64,000 bases of DNA from Candidatus Poriferihabitaceae bacterium (GTDB lineage Bacteria > Pseudomonadota > Gammaproteobacteria > Arenicellales > Poriferihabitantaceae): NCBI GenBank assembly GCA_965221795.1, contig OZ244914.1, positions 826,030 through 890,029 on the forward strand, in the 5' to 3' direction. The translations under genes were made by a program, and so were the position numbers. Shown here piece after piece: positions 29,845 through 38,295 of this stretch. Under the pieces are notes generated by a model, which worked only from the letters and a program-made list of their open reading frames with translations, was not told the origin of the DNA and ran no database searches. The number at the start of each line of letters is the position of its first letter. Position 1 is the first letter of the stretch.

Positions 29845-31643
29845 GACCTCTCCTGATTGGTTTTCGCTTGCTTGGCATTGAGCACCTGAAGACCGAAAGC
29901 CCGTTCCCTTGAGCGGCGTTCGGCCAATGTCTCTGTGTTTCGACACTCTTCTGCTTCAAGTTTGCGATATCGATCCAGTCGCTTTTCGTCTAGTTGCCCG
30001 TCCGCAATAGGGCGGCGTACCGCATAACCCGGTTCAGTTTCATGCTGGCAGTCGCTAAAACGGCACTGACTAGGGCGTGTTAACGCTACGCAGTGTATCG
30101 ATGACCCGCGCGAAGACGACGAATCCGAGATACATGACATCAAGCTGGTCGAAGCGCGAGAAGACTCGGCGAAAGCCCTTGAGTCGCCGGAACCGGCGCT
30201 CGACCTCGTGGCGCCGCCGGTACCGTTTCCGGTCGTATTCCCAGGGGGTGATGCGACGGCTTTTCGGCGGGACCCCGGGCGTGAAGCCGAGGTCGGCAAC
30301 CGGCCGGCGGGTTTCCTCGTCTTCATCGGCCCGATCCATGACCAGTGCCGGTCGGTGTGACGGCTTCTTCCGCCGCTGCCGGAGCTTCCGCCCCTCCGGG
30401 GCATCGTGCGCGTTGCCGGGAGAGCGCGCGAAGGCAACGGCCGTTCGGGTATCCGCGGCCACCAGAAGAAGCTGGGTGTTGCATCCGCCCCGGGACTTTC
30501 CGATGCCCTGGGCGCCGTTTTTTGTAGCGCCCCCGTGCCCTCGGGATGCCCCTTGATGCGGGTGCTGTCCAGGCCCATGGCCTCCCCCCGGATCCGGATC
30601 ATCCGCTGCCGCTGCCGAGGCTCGAACACGCGGTCCAGAACCCCGTTCTTCGACCACCGGTTGATGCGCGTGTCGATGGTGTGCCCGTTGCCGAAGGGCT
30701 CCGGCAGGCCGCGCCCCTTGCCGCCGTGCTCGGCCACGTCGAGAATGGCGTTGAGTACCGGCAGGGTCGAGAGGCTGACCTTGCCCCGCGGCCTCGGCCG
30801 CAGCGGGGCCATGCGCTCGTACGGTGCCCGTGTCAGTTCCATTGCCGGTTCTTCCGTAATGTTCCGGTTGAAAATCACGGGCACCGAGTATACCATGTCT
30901 GGAAGAGATTGTGTTAACACGCCCTAGCCAGTTCGATTATATCGTCGAAGATTGACTCGATGCCTTCATGCACATCGACTAACTGGAGCTCCCGCATGCC
31001 TGGGGTATCGAGCAGCCACCCGCCAGAGCCTAATCGATACAATGTTCTACTCGTCGTGGTATAGCGACCCTTGTCATCGTCGCTTCTTATACCTCCGTTT
31101 GATCCGTTGCTCCGGTCAGCGTGTTGATGATGGTGGACCTCCCGACCGGACGAACCCATCAGCGTCACACCATGCCAACAGCACCTCCAAAAAACTGGGC
31201 TCCAGTGCATTCACCAATTCGACGAATACACCCGGCCGTACTCCCTCGGCCCGCTGCCTATAATCGCTCGGGACAGCACACTCATCGATCTTCGTCAGAA
31301 CGATCACCGGGATCACACCCGCTTCCTCTGCGAGTACAAGGTAGCGCTCCAGGCGGGCCACATTGAAATCTTGATTGCATGACGTAACGATAAGAGAGCA
31401 TATTGACGTTTGCCGCAATCAGTTGGACCTCTCTGCCTGTCCCCGTCGCACTACCGATTGAACACACTGATTGCGCTCAAGCCGCCGTGAAAAACGCATG
31501 TCATGGCCGAACAGCAATCAATCTCCAACCGTGGCTTGGCCTTCATGCAGTTTTTTATCGACCGGGACTCTGGCGTCACCTGTGACACCGGCAAGGTCGA
31601 GGTGATTGCGATGGACTGCGCTAATACGCATGGCGTTGGACAT
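29841..31643 (-). pseudogene. rsgA: rsgA-like (YjeQ) GTPase gene, inactivated several times
   Basis: Pieces present: VGD(stop)LLF, RLERYLVLAEEAGVIPVIVLTKID, GGWLLDTPGMRELQL and CRFSDCQHETEPG. Lesions: in-frame TGA at 31518..31520, a frameshift near 31116-31210, and an IS insertion at 30074..30923. Confidence 0.7.
30074..30923 (-). mobile_element. IS5-family (IS427-group-like) insertion sequence
   Basis: 12-bp perfect terminal inverted repeats GGGCGTGTTAAC / GTTAACACGCCC, flanked by TA on both sides within CTAG-like context. Transposase lies in two frames: an N-terminal DUF4096-like part and a DDE part (HEVERRFRRLKGFRRVFSRFD). Confidence 0.75.
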
Positions 31644-31744
31644 CTGCAGCTCACCCCCAGATAACTGAGAACGCAAGTGAGAGCCCTATCCGAGCGCTGT
31701 TAGCTTATTTTCGTCAATTCCCATATTAAAATCTACCTAAAATT

Positions 31745-31826
31745 GGTCTATATATAGACCGCAATATCTATAAATGATCCATATATAGATCATTTTCTTG
31801 ACAAGATATGATGAATCGAGTACTTT
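31745..31826 (+). promoter_or_regulatory. hipBA promoter with palindromic operators
   Basis: Perfect 16-bp palindrome GGTCTATATATAGACC (31745..31760). Near-palindrome ATGATCCATATATAGATCAT (31774..31793). Then TTGACA (31798..31803), 17 nt, TACTTT. Confidence 0.5.
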
Positions 31827-31884
31827 GGTTCATAGAAAGATCATAAAGCATTCTTATGGTCTATATACGATACATTTAAGAACG

Positions 31885-32223
31885 ATGCCAAAGTCTATTA
31901 CACGTACCTACTCCCGCTACAGCCGCGATGCAACCGCATTGCTCGCCGGGCTGATCCGTGCAGCGCGAAAGGAACGCCAGTTGACTACTCAGGAGTTAGC
32001 AGACCGCGCTGGCATTTCGAGAGGATTGCTGCAACGCATTGAAAAAGGCGATCTCAAGTGCGAAATTGGTGCTGTTTTCGAAGTGGCCACCATTGTTGGT
32101 GTCAAGCTTTTTGAGGCTGATGAAAGAGCGCTGTCCAAACACCTGAGCCAGACGAAGGATAAACTAGCGCTATTGCCAAAGTCCGTTCGCAAGAAATCGA
32201 AGGCGGTACGCGATGACTTCTAA
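31885..32223 (+). CDS. hipB: HipB-like XRE-family antitoxin
   Basis: HTH QELADRAGISRGLLQRIEKG. Overlaps the hipA start by 11 nt. Confidence 0.75.
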   Translation: MPKSITRTYSRYSRDATALLAGLIRAARKERQLTTQELADRAGISRGLLQRIEKGDLKCEIGAVFEVATIVGVKLFEADERALSKHLSQTKDKLALLPKSVRKKSKAVRDDF

Positions 32224-33472
32224 CAGCGACAAAGAAGCCTTCGTTTGGATTTGGTTGCCGGACGAAACCACGCCAGTGGTTGCCGGACGGCTGGAAGCGG
32301 ACAATGGCAATGTTCTGTTCAACTATGGACAGAGCTATCTGAAGCGCATCGGCGATCAGCCTTCCGCAATTCCGATCTACGAACCCGAGTTGCCGTTACA
32401 AGCCGGAGCGTTGCCGCTACCGGAAGGATTAACTATGCCCAGTAGTATTCGGGACGCTGCCCCCGATGCGTGGGGTCGGCGTGTAATGATTAACAAGAAG
32501 CTCGGTCTCGAGGGCTCTGATACGGACACCGCCGAGCTGGACGAGTTGACCTATCTGCTGGATTCCGGCTCTGATCGGATTGGTGCGCTCGATTTTCAGC
32601 ATTCACCGACCGAGTATGTACCGCGTGTCGCCAACAACGTCAGCATGGAAGAACTGATTGAATCCGCTGGGCGCGTCGAGAAAGGCGTCCCGCTCACGCC
32701 CGAACTGGATCAGGCATTGTTCCACGGCAGCTCCATCGGCGGTGCGCGCCCCAAAGCCCTGATCCAAGATCAGGGCAAAAAGTATGTTGCCAAGTTTTCA
32801 TCCAGCACCGACCTGTACAGCGTTGTAAAGGCCGAATTTATCGCCATGCGGCTGGCACATCTTGCCGGGTTGAATGTCGCGCCTGTAAAGCTGGTCAAGG
32901 CCGCGAAGAAAGACGTGCTGCTGATTGAGCGCTTTGACCGCCAACAAAAAGATGGAGGCTGGTCACGCCGCGCCATGGTCTCGGCACTAACGCTGCTCGG
33001 GCTGGATGGCATGATGGCGCGCTACGCCAGCTATGAAACGCTGGCCGAAACCATTCGCCACCGATTCACCGACCCGAAAGATACCTTGAAAGAGTTATTC
33101 TCACGGCTGGCTTTCAATATTCTGTGCGGCAACACTGACGACCATGCCCGCAATCATGCCGCTTTCTGGAATGGCAATTCACTGACATTGACGCCAGCGT
33201 ATGACATCTGCCCGCAAGGGCGAACAGGCAACGAGGCGTCTCAGGCGATGCTGATATCAGGCAACAACAATATGAGTCAGCTCAAATCCTGTGTTGAAGC
33301 GGCGAATCATTTCCTGCTCTCGGAGGACGATGCCCGAGCAATCTTCGGCCATTTGACCGAATCCATCGAAAAGCATTGGGACTTGGTATGCGAGGAAGCC
33401 GAATTGAGCGAAGTGGACAGGAAACTTTTCTGGGGAAGGCTGTTTCTAAACCCTTATTCGACTGAACAATAA
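32213..33472 (+). CDS. hipA: type II toxin-antitoxin system HipA-family kinase toxin
   Basis: GSDRIGALDF, GSSIGGARPKAL and the catalytic CGNTDDHARNHA motif. 419 aa. Confidence 0.9.
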   Translation: MTSNSDKEAFVWIWLPDETTPVVAGRLEADNGNVLFNYGQSYLKRIGDQPSAIPIYEPELPLQAGALPLPEGLTMPSSIRDAAPDAWGRRVMINKKLGLEGSDTDTAELDELTYLLDSGSDRIGALDFQHSPTEYVPRVANNVSMEELIESAGRVEKGVPLTPELDQALFHGSSIGGARPKALIQDQGKKYVAKFSSSTDLYSVVKAEFIAMRLAHLAGLNVAPVKLVKAAKKDVLLIERFDRQQKDGGWSRRAMVSALTLLGLDGMMARYASYETLAETIRHRFTDPKDTLKELFSRLAFNILCGNTDDHARNHAAFWNGNSLTLTPAYDICPQGRTGNEASQAMLISGNNNMSQLKSCVEAANHFLLSEDDARAIFGHLTESIEKHWDLVCEEAELSEVDRKLFWGRLFLNPYSTEQ

Positions 33473-33698
33473 GCAGCCGCTTTGAAAAGCCCATTGATTC
33501 AAACGACATTAATGGAATTTTTTCCAAGATTGACGATCTTGAACTTGAGGAAACGCCGAAAGTCATGATCGACGTGCGCGTATTTCATCAAAAGCCATTG
33601 CCTCCGGCCTAAACGAAGACAGAATGCCATGCCCATCGGCAAGGCATGGGGACAGTCAACGATCAATGGCAACCGAAAACGCGGCACGGGCATTTTGA

Positions 33699-33840
33699 AC
33701 AATCACCTCTATCGGTGAACTGATCTGGAACCGCCAACGGTTTATCAAAGACCCGGCTACGGGACATCGTGTCCCTCGGTTCAACCCTGAATTCGAATGG
33801 ATACGCCAGAATGTGCCGGATTTGGGTATCCTGATGGACG
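33699..33840 (+). pseudogene. fragment of a large serine recombinase (about 47 codons)
   Basis: IGELIWNRQRFIKDPATGHRVPRFNPEFEWIRQNVPDLGIL matches the conserved 'recombinase' domain segment of large serine recombinases. It has no start and abuts IS21 debris. Confidence 0.45.
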
Positions 33841-34560
33841 GTGACCGGCTTCCACTCGGCGAACTCGTAGGGCTCCCGGGGCAGTGGCTTCCCGGCCGGC
33901 TGGTCAATCGGCTCGAAGAGTTCCCGGCGGGAGCCGGGAGCTTCGGGAACGGCTTGCGGTGGCGCTTCTCCCGCAGCCCCCGGATCTCGGCGTTGACCTC
34001 AGCCAAGGAGCAGAACGGCCGGTTGCGCAGGGACGCGAGGATCCACCGCTCCGCCAGTAGCACACTCCACTCCGCGGGGGCCTGGTCCCGAGGTTTGCCA
34101 ACGCGCGCCGGGACCACGGCCACGGCCACGGAATCGTGGTCCGCCATCTCCGGGTTGATGGGGTGAAGGTCGGGATCGTACCGGTGGGCCTTCGTCACCG
34201 CGGACCGTAGATGGTCCGGCACGACGATCTCGACCACGCCGCCCAGGGTTTCGAAGCCGCGCGGGTGGGACCCGATCCAGTCCTCCAGACCCTGGCTCCT
34301 GATGACGTCGGCATCGGGGTACCCCGATGCCCCCAGCGCTGCGACGAAGACCTGCGCTGCCCGCACCTCCCCGCTCCACCGGTCGAGGATCTCTACCGTC
34401 CTGCCGGCATCATCGACCAAACCGCTTCTCCCCCGCCTGGTGGTCCGGCCGCATCACCCGATCCCGCTTCCCGGCCCCGTGGCGGTCGTGCCGGCAGAAC
34501 CCGGAGGACTCGGTTCCTCCAGAGTGCGGTTCCCGGGATTCCTACCCGAGCAGGAGCCGG
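33840..34560 (-). pseudogene. IS21-family IstA transposase fragment, frameshifted
   Basis: HQAGEKRF, VFVAALGASGY, HPRGFETLGGVVEIVVPD and RYDPDLHPINPEMADH follow the IstA core, spread over two frames. A further IS-end-like hairpin lies at about 34565-34650. Confidence 0.6.
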
Positions 34561-34819
34561 GTTACACCCTTGTGGCCTCCGAGTCGGACGGTGTCCCACC
34601 GCGGGTGCTTGCGACCCCCTGAAACAGACTTTTCAGGGTCGACTCGGTAACCTCACGCTAGAATGGATCGTCATCGCCAGCGCCAGACAATTCGTCGAAA
34701 TATGCGAGATTCATCTTCTCTTCGAAGAACTTCTTTGCAGTCATGTTCTTGTAAGCAATCCGGTCTTTTCCGACGTTCAGCATTGCAGCAATACGCGACC
34801 GTCCATCTTCGATACGACC

Positions 34820-35746
34820 TTACACAAGGTCTGGCTTGTCTTCAAAAATTGGAGCCACGACTAAGACTTTGAGGTACTCGCTACGCGTAATGGCCTGTCC
34901 AATAAGACGGTTCACATAGTCGTCGCTGAAACTATAGCCAATAACGACAATAAACCGCAGCGCCTCATTCAATGAGTATTTACGAAGCTCATGCACGTAG
35001 AATAGGTAAGGATCAATTGAACTCAATTTCGCGGCAGTACCGAAAATCAGTTCAGGGTTTGGCTGCGGGTTGTCGCATAACGTCAGTACGCCGCGATTAG
35101 TCTTGTCTCTGATCCAGTCTATAGAGCCATGCAGCTTGTAAAGATACACTTCAACATCTGCATTCTCATTGGTATCGAATTTTGACGCTTCCCACTCTCG
35201 GTCGCTGTTGAACCCCAATTCAATACTAAAATCCGTACCAGCGAGGGCTTTCTCGACGCAGATATCGTAGTTGAGCGTAAAAACGCGCACTGCGCTCCCA
35301 GGATCAGATACTAAATCTCTAAATCCGCGAAAATAGTTCGACCTGTCATAGTTGCTGATATTTATCCATTGAAAGAGTTGTGAGCGTATTTTCTTGTCCA
35401 GTTTGGCGACCATCTCAAACTCTTCCCCGGCTACTTTTAGAAGATGGATGTTCCAGCCGCCTATAAAAGGATACAGCTTGTTCTGATGCTTCTGGTTTAT
35501 CTCTGATAGCACGTCTAACAGCTCTTCAATAGTAGCGGTCTGCTCTTCGAATGCGCCCTCAAGTCCTCTCTGATAGATAATCGAGCTTTTTAGGTAGTTA
35601 TACAGTTCGTAAAACTCTTTGAAATCTGTGTCAGATCGTATCTTCTCTTCGATATCAAGCGTCATTGCCTTTGCGTGCTTGATCCCTGCATCCACGCTGG
35701 CTCCGGCCCCTAGAAGAAACAATAACGAATCTTCTCTTAAACTCAT
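34820..35746 (-). CDS. stand-alone SIR2-family (SIR2_2-like) protein, predicted NAD+-consuming effector
   Basis: LLGAGASVDAGI (NAD-binding loop), FTLNYD, LYKLHGSIDW (catalytic His) and VVIGYSFSD. AAGGAG SD. Only 13 nt downstream of the Argonaute stop. No APAZ-like extension. Confidence 0.85.
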   Translation of the reverse strand: MSLREDSLLFLLGAGASVDAGIKHAKAMTLDIEEKIRSDTDFKEFYELYNYLKSSIIYQRGLEGAFEEQTATIEELLDVLSEINQKHQNKLYPFIGGWNIHLLKVAGEEFEMVAKLDKKIRSQLFQWINISNYDRSNYFRGFRDLVSDPGSAVRVFTLNYDICVEKALAGTDFSIELGFNSDREWEASKFDTNENADVEVYLYKLHGSIDWIRDKTNRGVLTLCDNPQPNPELIFGTAAKLSSIDPYLFYVHELRKYSLNEALRFIVVIGYSFSDDYVNRLIGQAITRSEYLKVLVVAPIFEDKPDLV

Positions 35747-35759
35747 TTTGTTCTCCTTT

Positions 35760-37658
35760 CTACAAGAACCATGGCGCTAATGACTTAGCGCTCACGATGT
35801 TCATGTCGTTAACGTTTTCAAGATGCGAAAACTCCCTCATGAATTTCGCAATAAGCCTTGAATACAGGATCGAAATTGGCTGGGCTTTAGAATTGAACCC
35901 GCGCCAATTAGCGCCTGTCAGATTCAAGATATCCTGAAGACACTCCTTCTTTGTTGCCCATTCCTCTTGTGACTTAATAAAGTCCACGTACAATGGCTCC
36001 GAGACTCGCTTGTGCAGCACCTCTTTTCCGTATTGCAATCCTTCGGCCCATATCAAAAACTCGTTTTTTGATATCTGAACATACGTGCTCTCATAAGGAA
36101 CGCAGGTATTGTGATCGCTAAATCCAAGGAATTTGTGCTTGGTATTTACCCGTATGACGATGACCTCGAACTCGTCCGCTTTTCTGATTTCCGAAACGAC
36201 CGCTTTGATAACTTCGATCTCTTTTCGGCTGATTTTGTAGGGTAGATGCAAAACGAGCGATTTGTAGTGGTCACCAAGCTCGCTTTGCAAAACTTCCTTT
36301 AGATTAGTTTGCAGGCTACCTAGATAGGTTTCTTCGTTGTTCGATGACGAGAGAGGCTTAGTGTATTTGAAGTCGCCACTGGAATCTAAACAAACCGTAT
36401 ACGCGGTATATCTTGTCATATTGCCTTGAACTCTTTCCTGCACACTCCCCAACCCAAAAATCAGGCAGTTGCTTTTGGCAGGCTGTACTAGCCAAGGTGC
36501 GCCTCCAAGCTTGCTAAATATCTGCAACCCAATATTGGATACAGACCATTTCAATTGATCCTTTTTAAAGAAAGTGTCTTCAGTGACAACCTGACAATAT
36601 GCATCGTTTCTCAATGCCATTAGCTTTAGATGGCCGTAGGCGTCGTAAGCTGCTTCTACGCCCTTGAAGCCTTTCGGAAGGACTGCTACGAGCATCACCT
36701 TGCTATTCATGTGGGATGCCTTGAACTGCTGTACACGACCTTCGATAGCTTCTATTGCGTCTGCGTCAAACATGCTTACTAGATGATGCTCAACGATGTC
36801 TTTGTGAATTGGTACAGAGAACATCTTCTCTAAGCCAGAGAACTGACCCGGAAACAACTTGCCAACTAGTCCAAGATAGATATCTCTCGCTAACGACCGC
36901 GTTCTCTCGGTGAAAAGAAAGAGATACCTAACATCGTCATCCATGCGACGGTACGGCCCGTTGGCCCTAATTCCCATGAACTGCGACTTGGCTGTTTGTC
37001 CACCACCAACTAGATAGGTCTTTACATCAAGCTTTTTGGCGGGCAGAGAAGAAAATTCGCTGATAGCAAGGCCGGAATTCGAAAGTAACGGTGAGAGCAC
37101 GTCCTTGGTGAAGTTCTCAAGGGTCGATTTCTTGTCCTTGTAGAAATAGATGTTTGGTTTTCCAGACTTATCGAGAGAGAAGCTTCGGATTTGCGTCTGC
37201 CTGTTAAACGGCTGATCGTCTTTGAGGGAGAACTTGTGTTCAATGAGAAGCCCAAATTGCCTTTTTCCCTTTAGGAAATAAGGCTTGACAATTAGCTCAG
37301 TATTTCCTTCGCCGAACTTCTCTGTAACAAAGCGAACCTCCTTCAGCGTAATGGCCTTCTCAGGAATGTAGTAATCAAGTTCTCCAGCTTCGATCGTTTT
37401 CAGAAAGTCTTGGTATATGAGATGCACTGTCAGAACAGGATTCTGAGAATACTCGAACTGGTACGCTTCGTAACCGTCTCGCTCGACGGTAGATACATCA
37501 AACAACACCCATTCCTCATCACCCTCTTGCGCGGGCAAATTGGCGCGAAAATCCTCGTCCTTCTTAGCAAGAGAACTGTCATGGACACGGATTCGATACA
37601 CTGTTACGCTATTGTCTTGTTTGAGCAGAGGAACAAAGTTCAATGCGATGCTATCCAT
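35760..37658 (-). CDS. prokaryotic Argonaute (MID-PIWI with a ~240-aa N-terminal region), catalytically inactive
   Basis: PIWI hallmarks: NIGLQIFSKLGGAPWLV (KLGGAPW at 36492..36512), NWRGF...PISILYSRLIAKF, and C-terminal APWFL. Catalytic positions are replaced (IFGLGS, LHLPYK). MID Y-K..Q..K pattern (AYGHLK...CQVV...SKLGG). Start is ATG 37658, with GGAGG 8 nt upstream, or 37664. Confidence 0.85.
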   Translation of the reverse strand: MDSIALNFVPLLKQDNSVTVYRIRVHDSSLAKKDEDFRANLPAQEGDEEWVLFDVSTVERDGYEAYQFEYSQNPVLTVHLIYQDFLKTIEAGELDYYIPEKAITLKEVRFVTEKFGEGNTELIVKPYFLKGKRQFGLLIEHKFSLKDDQPFNRQTQIRSFSLDKSGKPNIYFYKDKKSTLENFTKDVLSPLLSNSGLAISEFSSLPAKKLDVKTYLVGGGQTAKSQFMGIRANGPYRRMDDDVRYLFLFTERTRSLARDIYLGLVGKLFPGQFSGLEKMFSVPIHKDIVEHHLVSMFDADAIEAIEGRVQQFKASHMNSKVMLVAVLPKGFKGVEAAYDAYGHLKLMALRNDAYCQVVTEDTFFKKDQLKWSVSNIGLQIFSKLGGAPWLVQPAKSNCLIFGLGSVQERVQGNMTRYTAYTVCLDSSGDFKYTKPLSSSNNEETYLGSLQTNLKEVLQSELGDHYKSLVLHLPYKISRKEIEVIKAVVSEIRKADEFEVIVIRVNTKHKFLGFSDHNTCVPYESTYVQISKNEFLIWAEGLQYGKEVLHKRVSEPLYVDFIKSQEEWATKKECLQDILNLTGANWRGFNSKAQPISILYSRLIAKFMREFSHLENVNDMNIVSAKSLAPWFL

Positions 37659-38003
37659 GTGCATGTCCTCCGTTTCGGCTGCTCGTCAAGTCTTCCAGAA
37701 ATTCGGAAGGTACTTCACCGCTGGTTACCAACAGACGATCTCTAGCCCTCGTAAATGCCACATACAGCAAATGTCGTTCGGTGTCGTAGACTTCTTCCAA
37801 ATCAGCGTTGTCGGCTACTCCTTCTATCCGCTCTTGTGAGGGAATGATTTCATCGTCGCACGCCATGACCACGATCGCTTTGAACTCCAACCCCTTAACC
37901 AAGTGCATCGTGCACAATGCCGCGCTTCTGTGCGCCAAGTAGCTATCCAGTAGCTCGTATGGAATATCGGCTCTTTCTAGCACCGCTTTTGCGCGATCTA
38001 ATT
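37651..38003 (-). pseudogene. C-terminal fragment of a UvrD/Rep-type SF1 helicase
   Basis: TMHLVKGLEFKAIVVM and LLYVAFTRARDRLLV are SF1 motifs V and VI. The 5' end is cut at the edge of repeat copy 2. Its stop overlaps the Argonaute start (ATGGATAG). Confidence 0.7.
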
Positions 38004-38295
38004 GGGGCCCATGGCCCATCCAATTCACACAGCTAGCACTTACCGAAAGTCTTCATCCCGGGAGCGCCAAACCATACAACTTTTCCAGAAAAACAAAACC
38101 CCGCATCAGCGGGGTCGCTTTTCAATCCGGTCAGATTGGTAGCAGGGGCTGGCCACGATGACACAAACCGCTGATCACGGCCCGCGATATAGCCTCTCAA
38201 CCCGCACCATGAGCCGCATTACTGCCAACCCTAGAGGAAGTGCGCGACTGTCAGGGCGGATATTATAACCACTTGACCCGGCGTTCATCAAGGGG
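38004..38295 (-). repeat. copy 2 of the ~290-bp direct repeat
   Basis: Aligns with 23576..23864. Contains the same TTGATG-18-TATAAT (38262..38291), the CTGCTACCA segment and the terminator (38089..38114). A G10 tract follows. Confidence 0.85.
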
